Shown: positions 25,966-38,499, counted from the first letter of the stretch. The stretch is 64,000 bases of DNA from Mobula hypostoma (GCF_963921235.1 NC_086128.1:42284001-42348000); one strand, 5' to 3'. The notes: generated from the letters alone by a model not told the origin. Translations and numbers: made by a program.

Positions 25966-26984
25966 CAGTACTGTGCAAAATTCTTAGGCACCCTAGTTAT
26001 ATATATGTGCCCAAAACTTGTACTGTAGGTCAATTTTGGCCCTTCCATTGTTCAAATGCATTGTTGACTTTCCCCTCCTTCTGCTAATTATTTCCAACTT
26101 CCCTGTTCTGCTGACTTTTCTGCCCATATTTCTGGCTATTCTTCCTAGTCCCTCTATAACTTGATCTCACTTTATCAAGTCAGAAAACAGGCCCTTCAGC
26201 CCAACTCATAATGTCTCTCAGAATAATTTATTTGCCTGTACATACAGTAGCCACTTAATTAGGTACAGGAGTGAACCCGGTGTGGTCTTCTGCTGCTATA
26301 GCCCGTCCATCTAACATGTTGTGCATTCAGAGATGCTCTTAACACCACTGTTGTAATGTGTGGTTATTTGAGTGACTGTCACCTTCCTGTTAGCTTGAAC
26401 CAGTCTGGCCATTCTCTGACCTCTCTCATTGCCTCTACAACCTCCTCTGGTAGCTCATTCCAACAATCCACCAACCTCTGTGTTTTAAAAATTGCCCCTT
26501 TAGTTTTCCTTTTAATTACTTCCCCTGTCACCTTAAATGTATACCCTGTAGATTAGACTGTCCTAGACTGGGGTAAAAAAGACTCTGCTCCTCATGATTT
26601 TATATACGGTAAAGTCACCCCCTCAGCCCCATACACTCCAAGAAAAAAGGAAAAAACAGCCTATCCAGCCCTTCAGTCCTGGCTGGTAACATCCTCAAGA
26701 ATCTTTTCTGCATCCTTTATGTTATGGCTACCATATAAAATTTTCCAGTGTCTCCTTGATCTAGAGGCAATCATAAGCTTACATTTAAAATTAAAATGTT
26801 AGGATGATACCATTGTCACTTCATCTGAATTTTCCAGGTTCTGTTCATATCTTCAATTTTGTTAGGTGTAAGGTGGTTATTGGGTTGTAACAGAAATAGA
26901 TTAGGTGCAGCAAAGATCTACAAACATCAGAGAAGGAAAACAAAACACTCATTGTGTCTTAAGATGGATAAGCCTTTTTAAGAC

Positions 26985-27640
26985 ACAATTCTTAAAAGAG
27001 TGATCCTAGTTCTAGGTTCTCCTTTGAGGAAGCATCCTCTCCATATCCACCCTGTCAACTACACTCAGGACCTTATTTGTTTTTATCAAGTCCCCTCTGA
27101 TTCTTCTTCATAACAGTTAATGCAAGTCTAACTTGTCCAACATTTCCTCATAAGACAACCTGCTCATTCCAGATGTTATTCTATAAGACATAGAAGCAGA
27201 ATTTGACCATTTGGCTCATCGAGTCTGCTCTGCCATTCTATCGTGGCAGATTCATTATTCCTCTCCTGCCTTTTCTCCATAACCTTTGATGCCCTGACTA
27301 ATCAAGAACCTGTTAACCTCCACTTTAAATATACTTAAACACTTGGCTTTTACAGCCATCTGTGGCACTGAATTCCACAGATTCACAAGCATCACACACA
27401 AAATTCTGGAGGAACTCAGAAGGCCAGGCAGCATCTATGGAAAAGAGCACAGTCGATGTTTTGGACTGAAACCCCACTCTTGGCCTTTCAATATTTGATG
27501 AGTCTCGATGAGATCCCCTCATTCTTCTAAACTCCAGTGAGTACAGGCCCAGCGCCTCATACATTAACCCTTTCATTAAACCTTTGTTAACCCCTTCGAC
27601 TAAAACCTCTGAACTGCTTCCAAAGCATTGACATCCATAC
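26985..27640 (-). mobile_element. Nested degenerate CR1 fragments with a Penelope-like pLTR piece (~27390-27475)
   Basis: Minus-strand GLYSLEFRRMRG; CR1 tail at ~27185; pLTR-family sequence GGCCAGGCAGCATCTATGG. Confidence 0.65.
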
Positions 27641-28216
27641 TAAAACCAAAAAAAACAATTTTGTTCAATGTATTGTAGATGTGATCATACCATTCCTCCC
27701 CACATTTCTATTCAGTTCCCTTACCTATAAATAATGATATAATTTCCAAATAATTTGCTGTATCTGCCTATCTGTTGTTTTGTGGATCATGCCCTAAGAT
27801 ACTCTGGTTCTTCTGCATTTAAAGTCTCCCATTGTTAAAGTAAATGTCTTTATTTTTGTATTTTCCCTGCCAAAATGGGCAACTTCATATTTTCTCATAT
27901 AATCCATCTGCCAGCTTTTTGTGCACTGAACCTGTCTATATCTCCTTTGTCCTCTTCATGACTTGTATTCATATGTACCATTATATCATTGGCAAACTTA
28001 ACAATCACATCTTAAACTCTAGAAGGAATGGTAGTATCACACCACTTGATATCTCTTGGAAGTATAGTACATTCACTGGTATCCACAGAACATGTTACTC
28101 TCTAAAGAACCTGAATAAATTGTTCAAACAAAATTTCCCATTCGCAAAACCATGTAGATTTTACCTGATGACCTTGAATTTTTCTAAGTTTCCCTGTGAT
28201 AGATATTAAATAGACT

Positions 28217-28563
28217 CAAACCCTCGGTGAGATAGGGAGATGTCTATCCCAGCATGTGAAGACAGACTCCGGCGGATTGAGCGGACGAGACCAATGGAAG
28301 ATCCAACGGTCAAGAAGGCGGTCTCTGCAAGCGTCGTGGAACGTGTAGAGCACGACAAGACAGAGAAGACGTCCTGGTCATCCACTGCGCCTAGTACCAT
28401 CTCCAGCTGTCTCGACTCTGTCTTGCCACTGGATCCAGATGGGAATTGGGTAGAGAGAGTGAGGCTGACGCTGCACAACTCTCCCTCACTTAAATCCAAA
28501 TCATGCGCGAGTCTCGACACCATCAATGGTGTTGAGGTCTTCATCAACGACGACGGACAAACT
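28217..28563. mobile_element. Young unclassified ~350-bp SINE-like insertion
   Basis: CpG-rich; perfect 11-bp TSD TTAAATAGACT (28206-28216, 28564-28574); (ACG)n-like end. Confidence 0.7.
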
Positions 28564-29699
28564 TTAAATAGACTGGCCAGTAAAGTCCTGTTTTCTATCT
28601 TCCTTTTTGAATTTAAATTGCTTGTGCTCGTTTTCAAAGTATCATTCAGTCACATGGAATTGAATTTGCTTGTAAGGTTAAATATTGGTGATCATAGTAT
28701 TTTTAGATGTTATTACTGTATCAAAGTCCTCTCATGTTTGTAGGACTTTTTTCCCCAATGATTGATATACCTATTATTTATTTTAGGTGTTATTAATAGA
28801 CTATAATGGAGTTTATTCGCTGCTTATTGTAATTTTCTCTAATTCTGCTTGCAAAACTAATAGTTGCAGGAAATTAAAAACAAAAGGAAAATGATTACAT
28901 TAATTTTAATGTGATAAATCCACTAATAAGAAATTAGATGGTGTATTTCCTTTTTTTAGAAACAGCTAACCACATAAAATATGATTTCATTGCCAGCAGA
29001 CCATACAAGCAATCATTCCTGGGTGAAATCACACCAAATGTGAAATTGTAATTTTTTTTTTAAGCCAGAGTGTGATGAATCTGTGGAGTTCATTGTCATT
29101 GGGTATTTTTAAAGCAGAGGTTAATAGGTTCTTGATTATAAAGGGTTTCAAAGGTTACAGGGAAAAGGCAGAAGAGTGATGTTGAAAGGTATAATATGTA
29201 AATCAGATATGATTGAATGGTGGAGCAGTCTTGATGAGCTGAATGGCCTAATTTTACTCCTATGCCTCATGTACTGGGTGCTTCCAAATGTCATCCACAA
29301 TAAGGCACTTAACCTTTTTTCCCAGAGACAGATGTGACATCACTCTTTGTATAGTGTATTTCCCAACTTGTCCCGACTTGTCCTAACACATTGGAACTTA
29401 AAGCTCCACACTATGTCTGTCATGAAGTAGTCCCAGTAGAACTGGGAAAAAATTGGACTATAGGGACATTCCAAAGTCTATGCGAACAGTGAGTGCAGCA
29501 TTTACCTTGAAGATGTCAACTCATTGCAGCATGCCATTATTGTTATGGCAATAAATGGCTACTTTTCAGAGCAAGAGGCACAAATGTGCCCATTTGTGAA
29601 GAGTCTATACATGCAGAGTTAAAGAAGAGTCACGTCCTACCTGTATCCCTCTGATGTAGGCTCCAATAGTCCAGCACTGTCATTGAGATACATGACTTT

Positions 29700-30760
29700 A
29701 GAAAGACATTCAGTCATACTCTCCCACCCAGACTGCTCCCTGTATGGAGCTCAAGGTTACTTTGAATCTTATCTACCTCACTATGGGATCTTATCAAGCA
29801 GCCACAGCAAATCTTTGTCTTGTTTCCTAATTTGCTGCTCACTGCTACATCAGTATTCATAAAGAAATAATTTTGTCAACTTTTAATTGCAACTGGGATT
29901 TTGGAGCACAGCACAAGTCCTTTGGGCACAATGTTGTGCCGTCCTTTTAACATTCTCAGCTATCAACCTTTCCAATAGCTTTTGCTTTCATCCATGTGCC
30001 TATCTAAGAATTTCTTAAATGTCCCCAATGTATCTGACTCTACCACCACCCCTGGCATCTCATGCACTTGTCACTCTCTGGGTAAAGAACTTCCCTTTGA
30101 CATCTCCCCTATACCTTCCACCAGTCACCCTAAAAAATATGTTCTCCAGTATTAGCCGTTGCCACTCTAGGATTTTCCATCACTGCCGCTTTCCAACAAG
30201 TGCAGGCATCTACTGACCACACTCGTCTGTTCATAGTGCACCCATTGAGAACACAAACATTACCAAGAGAAAAAGATTTCCACCCTCTTATTATGGTTGT
30301 TGTGAATCACGAAAAGAATTTCTTCATGGTGAAGCAACATACATCAAAGTTGCTGGTGAATGCAGCAGGCCAAGCAGCATCTATAGGAAGAGGCGCAGTC
30401 GACGTTTCAGGCCGAGACCCTTCTTCATGGTGAATGCTATGTTTCTGGAAAGCACGCTTGACTTCACCATCCTACGTTTTCAGTGCTGGTGATGGAGGGA
30501 TGAATCCCAGCACACAAGAGCTACCCTCTAATTCCAAGGCTGCTCACAGCAGTACACTCTGCTACGACAGAAGCTGAGCACAGATACAAGAGCCAAGCAG
30601 GAACCTGGGCAAAGATGAAACTTCGTTGCCTGCATTGGTCCACGTTTGTAATGTAGTATGCAGCAAAGAGATGTAGAGACTGTTGTACGCCATGTGCTGT
30701 ACAATCTTGCATGAAGAAGAGCAACAAGGAGAGCTGGACCCTGAGGGCAATGAGCTGAAA
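29700..30760 (+). pseudogene. Decayed PIF/Harbinger (HARBI1-like) transposase, interrupted by a CR1 tail (~29900-30165) and a Penelope-like insert
   Basis: Collinear fragments YLTMGSYQ, FQQVQASTDHTR, KDFHPL..VNH, FLESTLDFTILR, YPLIPRLLTAV..TEAEHRY and KMKLRCL follow Harbinger DDE motif order. Confidence 0.7.
30334..30420 (-). mobile_element. Penelope-like pLTR fragment truncated within the hammerhead
   Basis: Perfect 14-bp TSD TTCTTCATGGTGAA (30320-30333, 30421-30434). Confidence 0.8.
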
Positions 30761-31484
30761 CCTACAGGACAACATAAGCATGGAAAGGAGGGGGGAAAAA
30801 GAAAGGTGTTGGGGTATATCCTTTCCCAGTATTTCCAGCCTTGTCTTCCAGCTCAGCACAGAAGGGAAGCACATGGAGTACAGCTTATAAGGGAGTTTGT
30901 GATGGTGATGCTCCTTAAGATTTTATAAAAGGGAGGGCCTCAATGGAACCAAGTGCCCATCTTTGTACCCCAACTATCAGGGGAGCCCAGGTCACACAAA
31001 ATATCACTCACACCCAGCTTTGCAGGTACACTGCAATGAGCAGAACCCAAAATCATAAAATGCTGGAAACACTCAGCAGGTCCAGCAGCATCTGTGGAAA
31101 GAGAAACATTTGATGTTTCAGGTTCAGGCTTTTTGTAGAACTGATTTTCACACATAACGAATTGTTTCTCTGGTTACTTAAATAGCCTGTGTTGTTGTGG
31201 ATATTGAGTGGCACTTGGTTTAACAACTCAGGACCTCTATAATAAAAAAACTATGAGGATTCCCTCTCTGTATATCTTATTTATTTTATTTAGAGATACA
31301 GCACCGTAACACGGCCTTCTGCCCAATTACACCCATGTGACCAATCAACCTTCTACCCTGTACATCATTGGGATGTGGGAGGAAAGCAGGGCACCCAGAG
31401 GAAAACCACACGGTCACGGGTAGAACATACATACTCCTTACAGACAGCAGCAGGAATTGAACCTGAGTCGCTGGTGCTACAGTG

Positions 31485-32186
31485 CAGCGATCCCCAACCA
31501 CCAAAGTATGTGCTACCGGGCCACGAGGAAACGATATGAGTCAGCTGCACCTTTCCTCATTCCCTATCTCGCACTGTTGAACTTGAACATAGGGTTGCCA
31601 ACCATCCCGTATTTGCCGGGACATCCCGTATATTGGGCTAAATTGGTTTGTCCCGTATTTCCCCCGCTGAGGCAGAGCGTACCTATGAAAACTTTTGTGC
31701 CAAAATGGCGTGAAGCGAAAAAGCAATTACCATTAATTTATATGGGAAAAATTTTTGAGTGTTCCCAGACCCAAAAAACAACCTAACAAATCATACCAAA
31801 TAACACATAAAATGGAAAATAACACTAACATATAGTAAAAGCAGGAATAATATGATAAATACACAGCCTATATAAAGTAGAAATAACATACATACAGTAT
31901 AGTTATAGTTGAGAAGATTAAGCCAAAACCAATTTGTGGGGGAAAAAAATCGGCACGTACGCGCATGCACACACAGGTGCCCATGCAAGGCTTCATAGTC
32001 ATGGTAGTTTTACAGGGTAAACCCAAGTGTCCCGTATTTGACTGTTACTTTTGTCCCTTATTTGGGAGTGCGAAAGTTGGCAACCCTAACTGTAAGAGAC
32101 ATGTTGAGGTGAGTTTAACCCTACTTGAACATCCCCCCCCCCCCGGGTTGGCCAGTCCGCGGTGCAAAAAAGGTTGGGGATTGCTG
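31485..32186. mobile_element. hAT (Charlie-like) non-autonomous element
   Basis: TIRs CAGCGATCCCCAACC / GGTTGGGGATTGCTG; 8-bp TSD CTA(C/T)AGTG (31477-31484, 32187-32194). Confidence 0.85.
31590..32123. mobile_element. hAT (Blackjack-like) MITE nested in the Charlie-like element
   Basis: TIR TAGGGTTGCCAAC (31590) / GTTGGCAACCCTA (32076-32088); subterminal TCCCGTA repeats; TSD CTTGAACA flanks 31590 and 32123. Confidence 0.8.
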
Positions 32187-33984
32187 CTATAGTGGCGTTA
32201 CGCTAACCATTTGGCTATCATGCCACCCATGTCTAAGCAATGACAGCCTGACATATCTTGTGAGGATATGAACTTTCTTTCCTGCATCATCCCTGCTGGA
32301 AACGACTGTAGCTGCTCCTACTAGGCTCTTCCTACATAGATATCGTGATCTCTTTGCCACACAGGATTACCCTCCTGGCAAATCTTTCATTGACTGTGAA
32401 TGACATTGTCCTTTGAAGTGAAAGTGGGAGTGTCTCCCTCTCACCCGAGTCATTGTGGCCTCTATGGCAACCATGATGTGTTACTGGTGTGTGGCTCTCA
32501 TAGATACTGTAAAATTGAGGGGTGATCCCCATTTTATATTTCTGCACAGCAAAGGGTCAGGAGCTGGGATAAACTGAAGGGTCAGGTAGGAATCATGCAA
32601 ATCTCAATTTAGTGCTTGCTTCTGCTTGTAAACCCCTAATTTTGCTTCAAAGTATTTTGGACAGTTTCACACTTGTTGCAATGGATAGATTTGGCGCAAG
32701 GAGTGTTTTAGCATCAAAATTGATGGGATCCAATTTCGAAGCAGATACATGCAAAGACCATAAGACATAGGAGCAGAATTAAGCCATCCAACCTGTCATG
32801 TCTGCTCCGCCGAATACAAAAGTATTCATCCTCCTGTGACATTTCTTTAAAGTTTCTACAAACATACAGTATACAGTTAGTTAGCCTGAACAGATTTGCA
32901 ATGGAATATTAAATATGCTATTCCTACAAATATAAGGTCAGGGTACATTGGCCACAGACCAGATGCAAATCCAAACTCTGCAATAAAATTGTGCAGACAC
33001 AGCATATGTTGAATAAATTGCAGTGCAGTGCAAAAAGGAAGCAAAAAGTCTTCATTACATAAGACATAGAATATGCCAGTACAGCACAGGAACAGACCCT
33101 TTAGCCCATGAGGTTTGTGTCAAGCAGGATGTCAAATTAAACTAATTCTCTTCTGTCTGTACACAATCCATATCCCCCATTCCCTGCATATTCGCGCATC
33201 TATCTAAAAGCCTCATAAATGGCACTATCTGGCAGCCTGTTCCACACAGCTATCACACTTTATGTAAAAAAAATACCATGCATATCTTCCTTAAACTTCC
33301 CCCATTACATTTTAAATGCAAGTCCTCTAGTTCATGAGATTACTACCCTGAAAAAAGAATTTGACTGTCAATGCCTCTCATGATTTTATAAATCTCTATC
33401 TGATTTTAGTATTTCATATTCCTTACATTGACAGATTTGGTTAACATTATCAGTGATTATTGTTTTAGTCTGCAGATCAGAACAGTTAAATTGCATTCAG
33501 TATTGACTAAATAAGGAGGTTTTACTGTATTCTACAAGAGGTATACACATTATGTTTCTGTATCACTGGAAGTTTGTGCTGATGTGAATTACAAATTGCT
33601 ATATTATGTCAATTCTATGGAAACAAAATACCTGGAAATGTCATTTAAAATTGCCACTCTATTGTGGCCATATCTTATTGATGTAGAGTGTTCTATAGGC
33701 ATTTCAAAAAGTAATGTTTTTTTAATCAATTATATTCCCTGTTGTGATCTCCTGGTGAGATGCAATTCCATGTAAAGTAAAAAGAAAATGGTGAAATTTG
33801 AACATCAGAAGCCTTGGTGATTAGTGTTATCCATTAGTTGTGCAGACACTCAATTAATGAAACATGTATATCATGGTGTTAATAGTTATTTTGTACTCTC
33901 TTTTAGGTCCCAGAAAATGAAAGCTGGTGCCTAGTGATGAGGTTAAAATGACTGCCTACAGAAGCTTTGCAACTGGTTATTAAA

Positions 33985-34363
33985 TCTATTCATACTATTC
34001 TTTGGTCTTAACAGTCACATACTTACAGATTCTGATTGCGACATTTCAACGGTAAACTTGATTAACTTAATTAACCAATCAGAAATAGCAATTCAGATCC
34101 AGCCAATCAGGATTAAGCATTAAGCCCCACCCATGCCCTGCTCACTTGAGAGGGTATATAAGGAGGTGTCTCTAGGAGAGTTTGTCCTCGTGGCGGTAAT
34201 GCGCCATTAAGCTGGATGCCAACCGCCGTAAAACAAGATACAGACAGAGTTTGTCCTTTTAACCAACTTGTGCTTGAGGAAGATGGCTCAGTTTACCATT
34301 GAAATGTTACAATCAGTATTTGTAAGTGTGTGACTGTTAAGGCTAATGTATAGTATGGATAGA
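33985..34363 (+). mobile_element. Second Penelope-like pLTR family: inverted repeat enclosing promoter motifs and a degenerate hammerhead
   Basis: Imperfect ~74-bp inverted arms (33985-34058, 34290-34363); CCAAT x2, CACCC, TATATAA; TTGAGGA-A-GATGG...CCATT-GAAA. Confidence 0.55.
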
Positions 34364-35022
34364 GGTTAGAATGAGTTACAAGACAGTAACAGAGTGGGCT
34401 GAACTGGCTTCCCCATTCAAGCAAGGCCTGGACGTATGTGGTACTCCAGCAAGTCTTGGACATATTGAAGATACCACCGCATTTGTTGCTCTGCTCCATT
34501 GATGGACTGTTCATAGAACAGCCGATCCCTTAATGTTCTGTCAGTCATACCAGGCAAAGGGTCAAAGACCCTACAGACTCGATGACAATTCTGGGCCTAG
34601 GGCAGCTAATTGTTTAAATAATTTAAATCATTTTATTTTAACATTAATTTGTATGTTTTAATTAAAACAATATAAATATTTTGCTGTATGTCTGCAAAGT
34701 ATTTATCTACATTACTTGTAATAGTTCTTACATATCCCTCAATTTCAGAAATATTTAAAAAAGGCTTTTATAAAGTTCCCAGCTTTGATGGAGATGAAGC
34801 TCCACCCACACCCTTGCTTCCTATCAAAGGAAACTTCACCTACTCACTATTGAGGCCTCGCTGTATAACTCCAGGGTGCAGAAGGTCAGCAAGATCACCT
34901 CTCCCCATCTGGGTCAGGTACTGTAGGTGGGAATATGCTGAGTGATCCCAGATGATGGATTAGATTCATAGGGTCAGCAAATTCTAAATTATCACAGCAA
35001 GTTCAATCATTTAAAGTATATA

Positions 35023-37628
35023 CAGTGGCATGCAAACGTTTGGGCACCCCTGGTCAAAATTTCTGTTACTGTGAATAGCTAAGCGAGTAAAAGGTGAACT
35101 GATTTCCAAAAGGCATAAAGTTAAAGATGACACATTTCTTTAATATTTTAAGCAAGAACATTTTTTTATTTCCATCTTTTACAGTTTCAAAACAACAGAA
35201 AAAGGAAAAGGGCCCAAAGCAAAAGTTTGGGCACCCTGCATGGCAGTACTTAGTAACACCCCCTTTGGCAAGTATCACAGCTTGTAAACGCTTACTGTAG
35301 CCAGCTAAGAGTCTTTCAATTCTTGTTTGGGGGATTTTCACCCATTCTTCTTTGCAAAAGGCTTCCAGTTCTGTGAGGTTCTTGGGCTGTCTTGCATGTA
35401 CTGCTCTTTTGAGGTCTATCCACTGATTTTCAATGATGTTTAGGTCAGGGGACTGTGAGGGCCATGGCAAAACCTTCAGCTTGCACCTCTTGAGGTAGTC
35501 CATTGTGGATTTTGAGGTGTGTTTAGGATCATTATCCTGTTGTAGAAGCCATCCTCTTTTCATCTTCGGCTTTTTTACAGAGGGTGTGATGTTTGCTTCC
35601 AGAATTTGCTGGTATTTAATTGAATTCATTCTTCCCTCTACCAGTGAAATGTTCCCCATGCCACTGGCTGCAACACAAGCCCAAAGCATGATCGATCCAC
35701 CCCCCCATGCTTAACAGTTGGAGAGGTGTTCTTTTCATGAAATTCTGCACCCTTTTTTCTCCAAACATACCTTTGCTCATTGCGGCCAAAAAGTTCTATT
35801 TTAACTTCATCAGTCCACAGGACTTGTTTCCAAAATGCATCTGGGTTGTTTAGATGTTCCTTTGAACCTTTTGATTAGAACTTCTTGGCTGTAATGAGCA
35901 AAGGTATGTTTGGAGAAAAAAAGGGTGCAGAATTTCATGAAAAGAACCCCTCTCCAACTGTTAAGCATGGGGGTGGATCAATCCTGCTTTGGGCTTGTGT
36001 TGCAGCCAGTGGCACGGGGAACACTTCATTGGTAGAGGGAAGAATAATTTCAATTAAATACCAGCAAATTCTGGAAGCAAACAGCACACCCTCTGTAAAA
36101 AAGCCGAAGATGAAAAAAGGATGGCTTCTACAACAGGATAATGAACCTAAACGCACCTCAAAATCCACAATGGACTACCTCAAGAGGCGCAAGCTGAAGG
36201 TTTTGCCATGGTCCTCACAGTCCCCCGACCTAAACTTCATCGAAAATCTGTGGATAGACCTCAAAAGACCGCAGCTGTTTACAATATATATTAATGATTT
36301 AGATGACGGGAAAAAAAGCAAATTTGCAGATGACACAAAGCCGGGCGGCAGTGTGAAATGTGAGGGGGATGTTATGAGAATGCAGGGTGACTTGGACAGG
36401 CTGGGTGAGTGGGCAGATGCAGTTTAATGTGGATAAATGTGTGGTTATCCACTTTGGTGGTAAGAACAGGAAGGCAGATTATTATCTAAATGGAGTCAAG
36501 TTAGGAAAAGGGGAAACACAATGAGATCTAGGTGTTCTTGTACATCAGTCACTGAAAGCAAGCATGCAAGTACTGCAGGCAGTGAAGAAAGCTAATGGCA
36601 TGCTGGCCTTCATAACAAGGGGAACTGAATATAAGAGCAAAGAGGTCCTTCTGCAGCTGTACAGGACCCTGGTGAGACCACACCTGCAGTACTGTGTGCA
36701 GTTTTGGTCTCCAAATTTGAGGAAGGACATTCTTGCTATTGAGGGAGTGCAGCGTAGGTTCACAAGGTTAATTCCTGGGATGGCGGGACTGTCATATGTC
36801 GAAAGATTGGAGCGACTGGACTTGTATACTCTGGAATTTAGAAGGCTGAGAGGGGATCTTATTGAAACATATAAGATTATTAAGGGATTGGACACGCTGG
36901 AGGCAGAAAGCATGTTCCTGCTGATAGGTGAGTTCAGAACCAGAGGCCACAGTTTAAGAATAAGGGGTAGGCCATTTAGAACGGAGCTGAGGAAAAACTT
37001 TTTCACCCAGAGAGTGGTGGATATATGGAATGCTCTGCCCCAGAAGGCTGTGGAGGCCAAGTCTCTGGATGCTTTCAAAAAAGAGATGGATAGAGCTCTT
37101 AAAGATAGCGGAATCAAAGATTATGGGGATCAGGCAGGAACTGGATACTGATTGTGGATGATCAGTCATGATCACAGTGAATGGCAGTGCTGGCTCGAAG
37201 GGCCGAATGGCCTACTCCTGCACCTATTGTCTATTGTCTATAAAAGAGCAGTGCATGCAAGACAGCCCAAGAATCTCACAGAACCAGAAGCCTATTGCAA
37301 GGAAGAATGGGCGAAAATCCCCCAAACAAGAATTAAAAGACTTTTAGCTGGCTACAGAAAGTGTTTACAAGCTGTGATACTTGCCAAAGGGGGGTGTTAC
37401 TAAGTACTGCCATGCAGTGTGCCCAAACTTTTGCTTCGGGCCCTTTTCCTTTTTTGTTATTTTGAAACTGTAAGAGATGGAAATAAAATGTTTTCTTGCT
37501 TAAAATATTAAAGAAATGTGTTATCTTTCACTTTATGCCTTTTGGAAATCAGTCCATCTTTTACTCGCTTAGCTACTCACAGTAACAGAAATTTTGACCA
37601 GGGGTGCCTAAACTTTTGCATGCCATTG
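35023..37628. mobile_element. Palindromic Tc1-derived element made of two head-to-head 3' halves
   Basis: TA|CAGTGGCATGCAAA ... TTTGCATGCCATTG|TA; DDE-domain fragments QQDNDPKH / SPDLN on the minus strand (35066-35689) and the plus strand (35885-36268 and 37242 onward). Confidence 0.9.
36269..37241 (+). mobile_element. CR1/HER1 LINE 3' fragment inserted into the Tc1 right arm
   Basis: PQLFTIYINDLD...KFADD...LVRPHLQYCVQFWSP; (CTATTGT)n tail; TSD AAAAGA (36263-36268, 37242-37247). Confidence 0.92.
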
Positions 37629-37669
37629 TATAATCAAACCTCTGGTTATATTCTATTCATGAACTACAC

Positions 37670-38105
37670 TTCAAAGTTCAAAGTAAATTTATTATCAAAG
37701 TCATATAGGTCACCATATACTACCCTGAGATTCATTTTCTTGCAGGCATTCACAGTAAATACAAAGAAACACAATAGAATCAATGAAAAACTGCACGTAA
37801 CAAGGATGGAGAAATAACCAATGTGCAAAAGACAACAAATTGTGCAAATACAAAAAGAGGAAGGAAGCTAATTGATAATAAATAAATAAATGAACAATAA
37901 ATAATGAGAACATGAGTTGTAGAGTCCTTGAAAGTGAGTCCGTAGATTGTGAGAACTGTTCAGTGTTGGGTTGAGTGAAGTTGAATCCTCGGGCTCAAGA
38001 GCCTGATGGTTGAGGGGAAATAACTGTTCTTGAATTTGGTGGTATGGGACTTAAGGCTCCTGTACCTCCTTCCTGATAGCAGCAGTGAGAAGGGTGTGTT
38101 CCTGG
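37670..38105 (-). mobile_element. Rex1/Babar-type LINE 3' fragment
   Basis: Minus strand reads FSLLLSGRRYRSLKSHTTKFKNSYFPSTIRLL; tandem (TTTGAAC) tail. Confidence 0.7.
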
Positions 38106-38499
38106 CGGTAAGTGTTAATACATAAAGCATGTTTTCCAACTGCACACCATTTTGAAATATTTGGTTGCAAGTCTTCACAAGAAATAAAAACATTGGTTTC
38201 AATGAACAAATCATGTGAATTCATATTTGCAATATCTTGTACATGCGTAATAATTACACAATATAAAATGGTGAGAAAATATCACACGAGGAAAACGTAT
38301 TTTATTTATCAACATCATAATCTTCAAAGGTTTCCTCATATTGCAAAATACAGTCATGGAGGGCAGCTCAGGCTTGTTGGGCTGTAAGAGCCTATTACCA
38401 TGCTATACAGTATATCTCTAAATAAAATAAAATTAACTGCATTCAATGAAAAAAAAACATTACACTCTTAAGCCTCTCCAGGAGACCAATCATAAAAGG

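Larger units (their letters stand above)
31285..32228 (-). mobile_element. tRNA-derived SINE split by hAT insertions
   Basis: SINE body 31285-31484 (B-box GGTTCAATTCC on the minus strand) resumes at 32195 with the A-box head. Confidence 0.7.

Noticed and set aside
28206-28743. Overlapping 143-aa and 167-aa ORFs
   Set aside because: They lie largely within a TSD-bounded insertion and show no protein motifs.
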